Assembly: GCA_030141605.1 (NCBI GenBank)
Contig: JAQGDQ010000002.1
Location: 2,976,001-3,040,000 of the forward strand
Source of the DNA: Tubiluchus corallicola
Lineage: Eukaryota; Animalia; Priapulida
Reading direction: 5' to 3'
DNA length: 64,000 nt
The position numbers and the translations under genes were made by a program. The number at the start of each line of letters is the position of its first letter. Position 1 is the first letter of the stretch. Shown here piece after piece: positions 26,601-41,119 of this stretch. Below the pieces are notes generated by a model. It made no database searches. It had not been told where the DNA came from and saw only the letters and a program-made list of their open reading frames with translations.

Positions 26601-29600
26601 AACGTTGAGCAAAAATGGAATGTTTGTCTAGAAAAATAGCAAAAATTTGAACAGCGCAGAAGCTACCAACAGCAATAAGCTAGTAACTTCAACATTTAAC
26701 ATATCAGTTAAAAATTCAAATATCAACATATGTCAAAAACACATATTCTGTAGAAATTTGTCAAATCCAAGGGCAGAAATGTGCCTTTATTCACTGTTGA
26801 ACATCTATGTTTATTTCATCTACATAAACAAAAGCATGCACTAATTATGCACTAGTATTTGTATGAATGATACGAAAACACATGGCTATAAAAGCCTTAG
26901 GTTCGTCAAACAAAATGACTTTGAAAAAAGCAAAGAGCGTTTTATACTTTTATTCCTCGGATGCGGAACTCTCTTAGTGCCCGGCACATTTTGTTAGCAG
27001 CTCCATGATGATCACTTGCTCTAGAAATAACCTTGACAAGCAATGAGTCATAATCCGGAGAAATAACAGCACCAGCAAACGAATCTGAACCATCTAGTCG
27101 AATACCCATACCTTCGCCTGTTCTGAAAACCTGAAAAAGTAACAAAAAGCCAAACAACTCCCACATATGATTTGAGAAACTTTTAACTGTTATGTAGTTT
27201 CCGCAGAAGTATTGTGAAATAGCCTAGTTGTAACACTTATCAGCAGAACAGCATAGGTCGAAACGAATCTAAGGCTGTCGAACATTGTCAAATTTCAAGT
27301 GTAGTATACATTTCACTTCATTAAGTCTTAAGAAGCAACTACTAACAGGAAGTGCATAAAGTTTTTGCTAATTTCTTTTTGTAGAAGGTCCGTGGAAAAT
27401 GCACATTTTTCAACTCTCAATAAACACGCCTTTAATGATGCACAGCATTTTGCCTAAATAAATAATATAATAAAAATGAAATAACATAAAATACAGCTGA
27501 TTAAATTTCCGTGAAATTAAAAAAAAATTTCTATCAATTAAAACTGTCATAACATTTTTAGAAGTAGTTTTTTTAAGATGCCACATCATATGTTTATATG
27601 TAGCTTTCTGCCTAAAGGAAGAAATTCACAAGAGCAGCTCTTGCTGATGTAATTAAATTAATACCTCTATCCTACCAGCATCAGGTTGAAAGTTTTTAGC
27701 TGGATCTTCAGTTGTCATTCTACACTGTATCGCAGAGCCCTGTACAGCAATCTTATCCTGTACTAAACCAATATCCTCCAAACTCTTGCCTTCTGCTACA
27801 TGTATTTGAGAAATCACCAAATCAGTGCTGTAAAACAAATACTTGTTAAAGAATGATGCCTATTCCCCAACAGGAAAATAAAAGAAAATGATAAGAAAAG
27901 TTGTAGCCAACAAAGTAATATGTCACAAAAAAGTGAAAAACTACAAATTTGAACCAAGTGGTCCAAAAATATTACAAAGCTGCTAAAATATGAATTTCAA
28001 TAACAAATGAAAACACAAGTACATTCAAAGTTAACAAAAAAAGCAACAAAGAAACCTAAATATACGCGAGTTACGAGCAATTAATAATTATCATGATTGT
28101 AAATTATTAATAGTAAAATACTTGACTGTTTAAGAGCTTCTGTAGTATTTCTGTAACTTATGTACACATTGTAATGTGCTAACAACAGTATAGAACATAA
28201 AATACAATTTAGGATGAGACCAGTAGTTGTATGGTCATGGTGCGTGCTTAGTGACTACAGTTAAGCAACATCAAATTTAGTCAGTATGTGGAAGGGTGTC
28301 CAACCAAAAAAAGTTTTTGGATGGGTTCATTTACTACACTGCTCCCAGCCATTTATGTCATTGAACACAAATGTGTGTCCAAACATTGTTAAGAAAAACA
28401 TCTCTGTCAACCAAGATTATTTTTGATAATAGTCAGTTTCCAGTCTAGCCATAAAAATCAAAAAAGTAAATTCTGCTGTGAGTGCTCGATACCAGCTTGC
28501 AGGGTAAAAAACTGCATCAATAAGCAGAAGGCAAAACACATATAGGTTGAAAAAACATGGGCTTAATCAGTCGAGTTAAACATTGTTTTACAAAAGAACA
28601 CCTAATCACTCTTTATAATTGTCTAGTACTGCCATACTTGACCTACTGTAATATACTTTGGGGGCACACCTACCCTTCAACTCCAGTTAAACTAAACTCT
28701 CTACAACGTAAATTTATAAGATTGATAGCTAATTTAAACAAGCGTGAACATGTAGGTCTTAATCTTTTTAAGAATTATTCTATCCTAGTGCTAAATGATC
28801 TAATAAACCTGAATACCGCTGTGTACATCTACAAAACCAAACATAAACTTCTCCCTGCTTTCTTTTTAAACCCATTATCTATTAACGCAAGACATTACTC
28901 AACAAGATTTAACGAATTTCGTATTAAGTATTGCAGGACTAACTATTGCAAGGCACTTCATCACTAACACTGGCCCTAGACTTTGGAATAACATCAACGA
29001 ATACATAAAAAATTCTTTATCTATAAATAACTTCAAAAGAAATTTCAAAAATGAAATCTTTTCTAATTATACAGAATAAATCAATTTGATTAATTACACT
29101 GCTGTCCCTGTCGGAATCCATTGTGTTGCTGGTTATGTCAATTTTTACATTTCTATAGGTCATGTTACTCATACAGATACCACCACATCTTTCTCTTTCT
29201 CTTTCTTTCTATTCTCTATTAACCTTTCCTTCTACTCCTTTACTGCTCTTTTCTATTACACTCAGTCCACATTCATTTGGGGTACTCTAAACAAGTAATT
29301 ACTTCTTGAGTACCCCACGGGTCATTTGCGGCTTGGCATCTTGTGCACATAATAATAAATATATTATTAAATACTTTTATGTACAATGCTGTAATGATCA
29401 TTTTGGATATATTTAATAAATAAATATATAAATAAAAAACCTGCAAAAGTAAGTTCCTGAAGAATCACCAAGAATTTTTGGCTCTTGTGATCAAATAGTG
29501 ATACTCAATTGCATTAAAGTAAAGAACATTTCTCTATATGTCAAACATATTCATCGGTTCCATGTATTTACTTGATTTAACACTATTAATTTTATGCAGT

Positions 29601-32600
29601 AACCATCGTTTCTTTAGGATGCAGGAGTAAGAAATATGATCTTACATGCAAGTATGCTTTACAGAAATGAAGTGCTTACATGATTCGTTAATAACTAGTT
29701 GAAAAAATAATTTCCGTTTATTTAATCAACATGTACTCACCCGGTACACTCTTCAGTAACAGTATGTTCTACTTGCAATCTAGCATTCACTTCCATGAAG
29801 TAATGCTTTCCGTCTTTATCTACAAGAAATTCTACAGTTCCCGCATTTTCATAGCCTGCATGCCGTGCAAGCTTGACAGCATCTGCGCATATTGCATCAC
29901 GAATCTGGATAACAAAATAATAAAAAACCGTTAACGTTATGAAGTAGGAACACTGTACAAGTAGGAAGACTAGCTATACAGAAAAAGGTTTTTAAGTACT
30001 TATGATGCAGTTTATCAACACTCACTTTTTACTTAGGTGCTCAAGTTTGCACAAGTACTTTTTTTAAAAATGCCAATATTCTTGCATTATTCACTAAATG
30101 AATACTTAATAATAACACACACATTTTCTGAATAACACAATGCAAAAAGCAAAACATTTTATCTTGAATTATTTCACTGTTATAATTAAGCCCACACTTA
30201 CGTTTGGATCAAGATTTGGAGCTGGCGCAATTTCTATGACTTTCTGATGTCGTCGTTGAACGGAGCAATCTCGCTCATACAAATGAACCACATTACCATA
30301 CTTATCACCGATTATCTGTACTTCAATATGACGTGGATGTTCTACTAATTTTTCTACCAGCATGGCACCATTACCGAAAGATGCTTCTGCTTCTGATGTT
30401 GCAACTCGAAAAGCCTCATCAAGCTCCTGAGTAAACAGACATGTTCAAATGTATGTATCAGTGATGATTTAGTAATTTAAAAAAAACTGATGTAGATGAC
30501 ATCAAATCATTGGTAAATGTAACTAATACACTTTCTTCCATTAATAAAATAGCCAGTCTTTATGCTATAAATGAATTTACTTTTTGTACCAAGACAAATT
30601 TAACATACATTAAGCTCTTAAATGAACGAAGTCAATTTTTAATTTATACTTAATGATTAGCAGTAAAGATTAGTAGCTGATAGATTTTAACCTATTGCAC
30701 CTGGTAGTAAATAAATGTTAACTGCTATCAAACTGAAAAGTTTGTTAGTCTGGGAACTTCACATAGGATCTAGTTGATAAGTAAGGATGGCAATCAATGG
30801 AAAATTTCGAATTTGAATCAAGCAGAAATTTTTGAGATCGAATAAAATAAACAATTTTTTAATTAAATCGATTTTAAAATTTTTCGAATCGAATAAAAAC
30901 ATACTGCAGGCATGCATTGTTTCAAATTCAACATTGATTTAGTGGTCTGTACAATTGCTCATGATTCAAATTTACAACCCCCTTATGCCAATTAAGCATT
31001 AATAAATCCAAAGAAAGGTGAGTACTCTGAATTGGCATGACTAGCTATTAGTATTTCTATGTGAGTTTCTCACAAGAATGACAGATGCTTACATAATTAC
31101 TCCATGATTTTCTTAAGATTATTTCACAGCAACGGTGGTACGATAAATTTCTTGAACTTTGCACACATAGTGGAATCAAATCGGATGTTTTAATGCTAAT
31201 TCAAATTGGACTTGCATAAAATGTTCAAATTTTCGAGTTCGACCTCCAACCATACTGGTGAGGTGCACTAAGTTAGACAAGCTAAATTAAAGACATGCAA
31301 TAAAAAAAATCATAAATTCAGCTCCCAAGTAGAATGACCAGAGAAATTCTCTTAAAGGCAGTCTAACCTAGGCTAACGACCTGACAAAGTCAATATCTGT
31401 GCTAGATTTTCGGTTCATTTTTGCCATTTAGCATGTTGAAAGCTGCTCTTCAAAAAGATACCACGAGTCCACTACTTTCTTTAGTCATGGACAAATTGCA
31501 CAGCATTACTTAGCAACTTATAACTATGATATCTGTTAAACATGTCATTACCCGCATATCTCTAACAATCCTCATTCCTCTACCACCTCCACCAAATGCT
31601 GCTTTCAGCATTATGGGCACCCCATGCTGCGTGATAAATTCTCGGACGCTGTCGACATTTGCTACTGGTGCATCTGTACCTGGGATGATGGGCACACCTG
31701 TAAAATAAAAACTGTGGAAATGTAGTAAGAAAATTCACTGCACAATTAAATTTTACTAACTAAAGCACACACATTTCCAAAGTGCCATTTTATAAGAGCT
31801 ACATTTATATACAAAATGTGTGGAATTTTTGAATGCCCTAATTATAAATTTACAGAAAAATCTAGTGACATATAATGCCAAAGTATTTAGTTCTACTCAA
31901 CCACATCTTCTGTCTAACCTGTCTAACTCTGTCTAAAAAATATCTAACCTGCAGCAATAGCCATCTTTCTGGCTTCCACCTTGTCTCCCATACGCTGTAC
32001 TGTTTCAGGGGATGGCCCAACAAAATTAATGCCAGCATCAACGCATGCCTTTGCAAACTCTGACCGCTCAGAAAGAAACCCATATCCAGGGTGTATCGTG
32101 TCGACATCGTTATCCTGATCAAAATAGTTTTCAGTGCAAACATTTGAAGCTTTACAATGTTTTGTTTATAAAAAAAAAAACATTTCTCAGCTTCAGTGAT
32201 TATGCACTTGGTCTTCTGTCTAAATAACCTGCAATTATCCTGGAATGTATAAAAGTAAGCCCTCCACACAGCAGTTTTTAACATAGGCCTACATAATAGT
32301 GATACTACTGAAACTTCATTGTTTTTTAAAATAGATCACAGGATTCAACAATGTAATGGTGTAATAACAAACAAACAATATAGCATGACCAAATTCAGGA
32401 ATCGAGCAAAAAGATGAAGAGCGATTCAAGATTTTCAATGACTGCAGATTTAAGCCTATTGCGTACATTAATTTATTATCATGTATTACTTTCATAGTGA
32501 GAAAATAAGAGCTAGCAGTAAAGTTAGAGAAAATTTGAAAAAAATATTATTCGAGCAAATGCGAACAACCCACAAACTGCTGTTTTTTACAATATATCTT

Positions 32601-35600
32601 AGACTTTAGAAAAGCTTTTGACTCTGTGCTTCTAAGACGGCTACTGCTCAAGATGGAGTTCTCAGGAATCAGTGGTAATTTATTAAAGTGGTTTGATTTT
32701 TTCTTAACTTATCACTGACAACGAATTGTTATGATTGGTGTAACTACAAACTGGCAACCAATAGTTAGTGGAATCCCCCAAGGTACTCTTAGTGGTCTTT
32801 ACTGCTTTCTTATTTTTATAAATGACACTACTAATTGTGTGTTTCCTGGTACAAGCATCCCTTTATTTGTAGATGATCTTAAGCCCTATGGCCCAATCTG
32901 GTGTGACTGGTGTGACTTTCCAATCTGGAGAGACCAATTTGTTTTACAAAATGATCTTAATGAAATTGAAAAATGGTGCAATGAATGGTTGATGCAACTT
33001 AAGAAAAGTAAGTGTTGCTTATTACGTGTGCGGAATAAATCTCACTCATCATATTATATCAGTGAAGGAGTCATAGAAGAGAAATCTGTTGTACGTGATT
33101 TAGGCATCTACGTATCCAATGACCTAAAGTGGAATACCCATGTTAATCATATAATAGCTCACGCAAATGGTCGAATTGATATGATCAAACGTTGTGTCGT
33201 TTCAAGATCTGCTTATGTTATAGTCCCTATATATAAAGCAGTCATTCATCCTATTTTGGAATTTGCATCAGTAGTGTGGTCACCACTGTATGTAACTCTC
33301 AAAGATGCTTTGGAAAAAACTCAAGACAGATGTATGAGACTACTCCATGATGCAGATCCTGCCATGACGTCCACTTTGGAATAACGCCAATGTACTGTTG
33401 ACCTTGTCAAGTGTTATAAAATTATGAAAAAGCTCTCAGTTTAACAGGAACAAGAATTCTTCTCAAGACCATGCAGAGAACTACGAGGCCATGATTCCAA
33501 ACTCTTCATTGAATAAAGCTGAACCAACATCCGTTCTCATTGGCCCACCCATGGAACTCACTCTCAGCTGATACTGTCAATGCACCATCTATCGATAAAT
33601 TTAAAATGAATATGAGAAGGGATCATACACGAGTTAAACTCTAGGTCCTGATGTCATTGTAAAGAAGTCGGACAAGAACAACTCTCTTAAATTGCATATA
33701 AGATGACCCGCTAAAAACATTTGGTCATTTTTTTCTAATAAGGTTGTTTCAACTTGGAACAGTTTACCAAATTTGTAAGTAATGTACCATTGGTAAAAGC
33801 TCAAAATGCAAACTTTTTAAATGGCGACTAAATTATAACACTCTAAATCATGCAAACAGACACATGTAAAAAGCATTTGTTTGCTCTTTGTGTCGCCCCC
33901 AAACTGCCCCTCATTATTAAGTTGCTTTTTATGCTTGTACGTATTTTAATGTGCACTGCATGTTTTTCACATGATGTATGTATGTGTGTATATGTATATA
34001 TTTCAATGTAAAGCTTATTTGGTGTGTAAAAACATAAACTAAAACTGTCCCGAATTGTTTTGTTTTGGAACCCAAAGTTAGAAAAGGTATCATGGTAAGT
34101 TTTTATACAGCAGACGCACAGATAAATCTTGTCCAATATACTTCTAACAGTCTTTAACGACACGTCAGAACTAATAGAAGTTTCAGATGCGCATAATTAG
34201 TATAAAGGCTAAGCAAAACAACTCGCGGAGACAATACAAGAAATCTAAACTAAAACGAAATCTAATCAGGTAGAGTGCTGTCACCTCGACTTCGTCCCTA
34301 AATCAAGCGAAGCACAGAAAGTAGTCGGAAACTTGCTGCTGTTGAGGACCTGTCTAAAATTATTATTGTTCTAATTATATTTTAACAATTCCAGCTTTGC
34401 CGTTTGACCGATGAAATCGAGTAGGTTTACCTGAAAGCAACGACTACACAGCAGGGCCCGATGTAGCAAAGCTCATTTCAATTTGCTACTTCAAATATAA
34501 TTACATTCTTTGTCGTTAAAACATTTGAAACAACATGCAATCAGCACAATCAACTGGCAGGCTTAGCTTTATTCGGAAACTATAAAACTCTGCCAAATAA
34601 ATATTAACTCTTTGTCGCATAGATCACGTTTAGCTCTCAATAAATATGCAGACGATGATAAGTTCGATATAATCGCATTACAAGAAACAAAACTTACGCA
34701 GCAGAATGATCCAAATAACTGACTAAATAATTATAAAACCTTTTTGAAGGTCACTAATAACTCACACTCAGGTGGTGTAGCTTTATGTGTGAGGAATGAT
34801 CTGGAGTGCAACATGGTAACTATTCCCAATGCAAATCTTGATTTAGACGCAATATGGTCTATCGTGAAACTTAAATCAGTCAAGTTGTTAATATGCTCTG
34901 TTTACATCATACCAAATGCGCCAGAAACCATGAAAAAGTGGCTAGTTGAGTACAAAAAAGCCAGCGATTTTGCAAAAAAACATGGAATTCACTACACACT
35001 TGCTATGGGCGACTTTAATGCACGAAATGTAATCTGGGACAGAACTGATAATGAGCAAGGTAAACTACTACTAAATTTTCTGTCAGATAACAATTTGAAA
35101 TACTAGCACCTAACGAACCAACATTTAACTCTATCATCGGAAATAGGGTAATTGACCTAATATCAGCATTGTGCGGATTAACCATCCGATTGTCATCACA
35201 AACAGTAAAGAATGACATTGAGCTGTTTAGTGGTGCCCCCCAAATGGGTAGCTACCTTGTAGTAACTGCATTAGAGTGCCATAGACAAACTCCAGCAAGA
35301 AGCCGGCTAATGTTCGATTTTAAAAGTAGCAACTGGATTAATTGGTCGCACTCATTAGAGACAGATATACAGTCTGATTTTGAAAATAACTAGAGTACAT
35401 AGAAAACAAAGACGCATATAATGTGTGGACTTGGCTGTTGAACAAAATAAGGAAAGCTAGTGGCGCTACTCTTTTGCAGAAAACAATAACAGAACACAGC
35501 AAGCCGTTTTGGACAAACAATCTATCGCAATTATCAAAAAGACTAAGGTAACTCAGGAAAAGATATCCACGTTTGTCGAATGTTCCAAATAAATTATCTT

Positions 35601-38600
35601 ACTTGGAAGCAAAAAGCAGTTCGATCAGATGCTAAATGAGGAACTCAGCAATTGGGTAAATGAAACACACAGCCAATTTAAACATTGCGCAAGGTAAAAC
35701 GTTTTGGAAAACGCACAGTAAACTTTTGGGAGAGAAATCGGATGTGCGGATTGAAACCTTGAAATACCAAAATAAATATTATATTGACGATAGTGATAAA
35801 AGTGACATATTGTACAGAACATTCTTTAGTGGCTCCCTATATTGACAGTGCAATATTCGACCAAACATGGTTTAATGAAGTATGCCATTTCACCCAACGA
35901 CCCCTTTCACAACCCAATGAGCGTCTGTGGTTCAATGATAACTTCACAATGGATGAAGTTGATAAAGCAATAAAGAGCACACAAAAGTATAACAAATAAA
36001 AAATGTATAACAAAAGTATTGATACCGAAGGATGCCATCTACGGATGATTTGTCGCATGGGCTTTTGACCCAAAGCAACATTTATGAACCTAGTAAATAT
36101 ATGTTTAGAACAAAATGTGTGGCCATGGCAAAATTCAAAGGTTGTGTTCTTCAAAAAACCAGCTAAGGATAATTACTGCGACCCCAATAATTATAGACCG
36201 ATTACTATTACTTCCTATTTTGGCAAACTGGCTGAAAAGGTTCTAGAAAACAGATTGCGATTGTTTCTTAGTGAAAATAACTTGTTAGGCGTTGAGCAAG
36301 AAGGATTTCGACCAAGGGGTAGTATAACCCGATATCTGATGAGACTAATTTCAAAACTACAACGTAAACTAATCGAGAAAAGAGACTGCATTGCAGTATT
36401 TTGCGACTTTAAAAACGCATTCGACAGCGTGTGGTTAGACGGTTTAATCTGGAAGTTGTATGACAAAGGCTTAGGGGGCAACATCTTGGACCTCGTAGTA
36501 GCATTTCTAAGAGACCACAAAATTTGTTTAAAAGTTAATAATCACCTGTCGAACAAATATTCTTGTCAGATAGGGTTACCCCAAGATTCTGTGCTGCCCC
36601 AATTTTATTTATGTTCTATGTTTCGGATATGTTGCAAACAATTGAGACAGATAACTTTCATAAATTTAAATATGCCGACGACAGCACATTTGTAGCTGCA
36701 GGCAGCGCTATGAATGAGGCTTATATAGCAGCACAAGAGCAATGTGTTAATTTGTTTAAGTGATGTACCATGTGGCATATGAATACTAACTGCGCCGAAA
36801 ATAAAACAGAAGCCATAATGTGCAAAAACTCATTGAAGTTAAAATACGAGCCAAACCCCTCAAATCTAATGTTTGGAAATGGACCAATTAAATATGTGAA
36901 TTGAACTAATGTATTAGGAGTAAATGTTGATAATGAACTTAAATTTGAGGCGCAGGTAACTACTACGAGACAGAAAGCCTGGAATAAATGGCATAAAATC
37001 AAAATTTTCTATTTTAAATATAGAGGATTAAAGGTGGCCACGATCGTTGCTTTAGCTAAAACCACTGCTTTGCCAACGTTATTGTATGCCGCTACATCCT
37101 GGCTAGATTCAAAAATACAGACTTTCGATGACCTTATATTTGATATGTTCAAAACAGCCGTTGGCGTTAAATACAATCCGCCTAAAATTGAATTAGAATT
37201 AATACGTGGTTTACCCCTAATCGATATACAGTTCTCGTCTATTGTCAGCAAATTTTTAACGAAAGCGTTAGATAAATCAGAGGATGATGTAGTTAGGTGT
37301 GAAATTGAACTTATTAATTAGCTGCGTAATCAGGGCCAATATTTTAGCCATTTTTTGGCTAATCACATAACAAAAGCTAAATTGTTTTTAAAGATTACAA
37401 AAGGCATAGAAATTGCCCCGAAATGATACGTTGATGGTCCGTAATTTGGACAATACAAACCTCAAATACAAGAAAAATGAAGTGGATAAATACATCAAGA
37501 TTTTATGGAGTAGAAAAGTACAACATGCATAAACCAGTTGACCGGTAATCCGCGAAAGATAATTCCTGTATTTACAACACCATTAGATATAAGAGTTAGT
37601 AAATATGACAGATTTATAGAAACAAGTGCGTTAGCTTTTCTACTTGGAAGAGGTTGCAAATCATTTAAATACAGGATAGGTATAATTGAATCAGATCAGT
37701 GTGTTTGCGGTTTAGGCAGTCAAACCGCAGAACATTTAATTTTGCATTGTTCTTTACGATTTGTTAGACAAGATATAAGAGTGAATCACGAGCGCGGCTT
37801 AGAAAATAATGACATTCGGACCATTTACAGAAAGAGAGACACTAAAGTAATTAAAATGTATATAGATATTATAAAAGAACTAACCCAAAATGAACTTATC
37901 GTAAATTGATTAGGCTGTTTATATACGAATGACATTAACGTAAGATTATTTATGTATGTGGAAGCTACAACATATACTAGGTATAGGTATTAACAGTGTA
38001 ATTTTCACAAATTGAAGAAACAGTGCATAGTTTTGCGACTTGACCTAATAAGAGAAGGCCAATCTAAAGAAAAACTAGTTAGTCGTCAATAATTACCAAT
38101 TTTCAGTGAGAGCCCATGCAAAAGCTAACAAAAATTCTAGGCCTAAAATATAGAAACGATTTGTTTATACTGTGTCGCAAAAACGTTGTGCAGCCGAACA
38201 CCTTCGTTTCTGTATACTGTTTTCCGATAGGTTTTAAGTCGTAAAGTGAGAATTTAAAGGCCTTCACTATCCTCCGGAAAGAGAGAAGAATAGAGAGAAG
38301 AATAAGTTACTAATCCTGCAGTCAAAGAATTGCTTGCGATTACCTTCGAAAACGTCAGTGCCCACGTAGGATACCACTCAATATTGAACATTGAGAGCAA
38401 GGTTTTTCAAACGTATTATTGTATTTTTCAAGCACTGTTTTCCTGTGGTAAAACGTATTGGTGTGCTATATAAGCATTCGTGTTGCTACTGATTTAATTA
38501 AAAAAAACTATTTTTACACAGCTTAAGTTGTTTAACACTTCAGAATCTTAGCCACGACGTCTTAAGTTGGATTCCTCGTTTCACCGGGAAAATAACCTCA

Positions 38601-41119
38601 ACAGAATAAATTTTGTTTATCTATAATAATAAAGATATTACTGTTTAATAGTATGCGCACAAACAAGAAACTATACAATAAACACATGTGATTTATCTTT
38701 TATGAGTATTTAATTAATTATGGTCTAACTTCTGACATGACTGTAGCGCAGGAAAAGTCATGTTAAATTAAATGGCAATCTAGAAATATTATAAATTATT
38801 AAGAGCACAACAGTAATCATAGATTAAATACATATACAACAAAATTGTTTACTAATAACAAAAGTTTACACAACCGCATCGAAATGACAAACAGCCACCG
38901 AAAAGGACAACAATTTTGGAAGTAGTGACGACTAGCATTCTGCGGAATTTAACGAGGCTTTAACTGTGAGGTCGCCCACTATGTGGCAAGAATTTACTAT
39001 TATATGGGCCTCGGTTCCCAATTGTTATTACTTTTGCACTGTGTATGATTTCTTGAATACGATGTGTATGCTTATATTTTTTGATATTTTTTAAGTTGAG
39101 GAAGTGCAAAAATCAAACCTACGATAAGAAATCTCGTTGTTTTCACCAGCTTTATGTGTCACTTTCACCAAGAAGGTGTTATCGTTGCTGTTACTTCTAC
39201 CCATAATTATCACTCATGCAATCAAACCAGTCACATTTCTTACTTGTTGTCTTTCTATTTGTTTGACGATTAGTTAATAGTACATCAGTAGCATTTTAGT
39301 TGTGGAATTAATTTTAGGTGTCTGGTTCAGTTTTAGGTAGCAACACAGTGGACTAGCTAATTTGATACTTAGATGTTATTGTATTAGTGATGATTGACAT
39401 TAATCGAAAAATTTATGTACATTACATGCACACGTACACACACACACGCAAACACACACATACATAAGACATGTTCACTTAACAGATCTTAGCTATAGGA
39501 CTACTGATGATGCGCTTTAGGATATTATTTCACGGTTGTTTATAGTTAGCACTTGCAGTGTGTTACTGCTAGTGACTGCTAGTTAGTGACGTGAAATAAT
39601 TATTTTGAACAACAGTGCAAAATCGTTTAGTCAAAATGACTTTTAGACAGCACACCCAGCAACCTGCATGCTGAGATATTCTCAGGATGGATGGCTCTTG
39701 ACTACCCGAAGACCGGAGAGTAGCGTCTTAGCTACCATCAGCTAACAATAATTTAAACAGTTGTGCTGCTTGTTGTATTGTCGTTCAATAGCTATTAAAT
39801 ATTAGTTTATGACAACAATAATTCGATTTACCAATGCTGTTTGTATAATTTCTGGAATATTGAGGTAGACTGCCACTGGTGAAAGGCCCTTTCCTATGAG
39901 ATATGCTTCATCAGCTTTCTGTCTATGCATACGATGACTGTCCTGCTCTGAGTAAATGGCTACTGTCCTTATGCCCAGTTCTCCACATGCACGAAAAACA
40001 CGAACTGCAATTTCACCTATACAAAAGTTAAAGATACATCAGTGCGTAATCAAAATTTCACGCGATGATTATCATAAGAGAAAATTTTGTAAAGGTATCA
40101 TGTACCATGGTTTTCCAGTGTTTAAATTTACACCATTTTTGATACAGGTTGGTATATAATTTTTTGCTAGGGTGCTAAAAGCGCAAAAGCACAGAACAAA
40201 TTTATTACATAAAAGTATGGCTGAAACAACATGTCATGCCCTCAAAGTTTGTTGTGATAGCCTCGAGCGTCTTGCACATCCTGCAGTTTTGAGGAGATTG
40301 TTTTTTTTTGAACGAAGTGAGTGGCCAGGAAATTCGAGGACAGCCAAACACAACTATCCTAACAGCAGAGGGGATGCTAAGGTGATTAAGGTGATCAAAT
40401 TTGTGAGACAACTGAAAAATATGTAGGAGGATCTTGAGTGCATCGAGTTGGTACTCCGATCATACCGTCAATGCTGCAAACTGTAACGATTTGACGACCA
40501 ATTGGCAACCGCGTGGTCTCACTGTGTTTTATGAGTATTTAAATTAATAGATTCTGACTATTCAGTGCTACCAGCGTTGCAAACTAAGCTGTGATTTAGT
40601 GGATTGCAAAAATGAGCAAGAAGCCTTTTTATCGATGTACAAAAAATGCGATTATCTCATTTTGCAATTACAAAACGACTACTTTGAATTCAACCAACTC
40701 TTTTGAATTGCGTTAACTTATTATAAACCATGGTAGCAGCTTGTGAACTCAAATAATCTGGGTTATTTTTTGTTTTATGAATTTAGCAATAATTGACAGC
40801 TACAATTAGCCATTTAGTCACTCACTTGTTAGTGTTTTATATGTGATTCTAAGTAGTACGTTCAGCGGTTAAAAATACAGTAAAATTTTTAATGCTCAAT
40901 GAAAACCATAAAAAATCATGTCAAACCTCTGTTGGCGACCATGAGCTTTTTGACAGGCCGCTCGGCTCTTCTTTGAGCAGTAACGGTGCTTTGGAAACAA
41001 CAGGCCGCAGCAAAATTCCATGGCACACGATGCCCTAAAACTGGCATCCAGTTTTCTAGACTTTGCGTTGCCTGATTCTTTTTGATTGCATGCCGCAAAC
41101 CACTCGGTATTCGTAGCAT
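17627..41119 (-). CDS. PC: Pyruvate carboxylase, mitochondrial precursor, 20 coding exons, about 1202 aa
   Basis: Exons on the - strand: 41119-40927, 40016-39832, 32114-31949, 31697-31552, 30426-30202, 29904-29741, 27827-27665, 27130-26948, 26627-26390, 24743-24519, 24416-24260, 23724-23618, 23511-23378, 23114-22865, 22185-21941, 21322-21143, 20737-20486, 19034-18894, 18431-18330, 17779-17627. All phases are consistent (3609 nt). Motifs: [75 protein letters not shown]; basic N-terminal transit peptide. Confidence 0.97.
18563..18622 (+). mobile_element. Decayed SINE-like fragment with 5S rRNA-type internal promoter similarity (copy A)
   Basis: gttaaaacatgtgaagtctggtcagtaaagggatgagtgacc resembles the 5S box A/IE/box C region (GCTAAGCAGGGTCGGGCCTGGTTAGTACTTGGATGGGAGACC) and aligns with copy B at about 28245. 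Confidence 0.4.
23725..24259 (-). other. GC-AG intron of pyruvate carboxylase
   Basis: Donor GA|GCAAGT and acceptor taccag|G; only this junction gives the in-frame AVFE-FCKLAK. Confidence 0.85.
25415..25510 (+). repeat. Degenerate (TTCA)n microsatellite
   Basis: atcattcattcattcattca... direct reading. Confidence 0.8.
28245..28305 (+). mobile_element. Decayed 5S-like SINE fragment (copy B)
   Basis: gcttagtgactacagttaagcaacatcaaatttagtcagtatgtggaagggtgtcc; same 5S-like layout as copy A. Confidence 0.4.
28540..29440 (+). mobile_element. 5'-truncated non-LTR retrotransposon 3' end (CR1/L2-group ORF2 C-terminus, 3' UTR, A-rich tail)
   Basis: [21 protein letters not shown]...[12 protein letters not shown]...YSTR...GPRLWNNI are post-RT motifs; ends in aataaataaatatataaataaaaaa. 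Confidence 0.85.
30782..31256. mobile_element. Probable degenerate MITE with TTCGAAT-type subterminal motifs
   Basis: Clusters of ttcgaat/tcgaat near both ends; termini are degraded and no TSD was found. Confidence 0.3.
32585..33620 (+). mobile_element. Truncated CR1-like LINE, reverse transcriptase remnant
   Basis: [66 protein letters not shown] motifs, with in-frame stops. Confidence 0.92.
33690..34045 (+). mobile_element. Second short CR1-like LINE 3' end
   Basis: [15 protein letters not shown] motif followed by 3' UTR-like sequence. Confidence 0.6.
34050..38000 (+). mobile_element. Near full-length decayed LINE: ORF1 remnant, APE endonuclease, RT and C-terminal CCHC finger (I/Jockey-group-like)
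   Basis: [31 protein letters not shown] (APE); [34 protein letters not shown] (RT); [17 protein letters not shown]. Many stops and frameshifts; boundaries are approximate. Confidence 0.9.

Noticed and set aside
40172-40500. ORFs in the first PC coding intron as an alternative (cytosolic) first exon
   Set aside because: No similarity to PC, and such an isoform would lack the conserved KKLMVANRG strand; no convincing splice signals.
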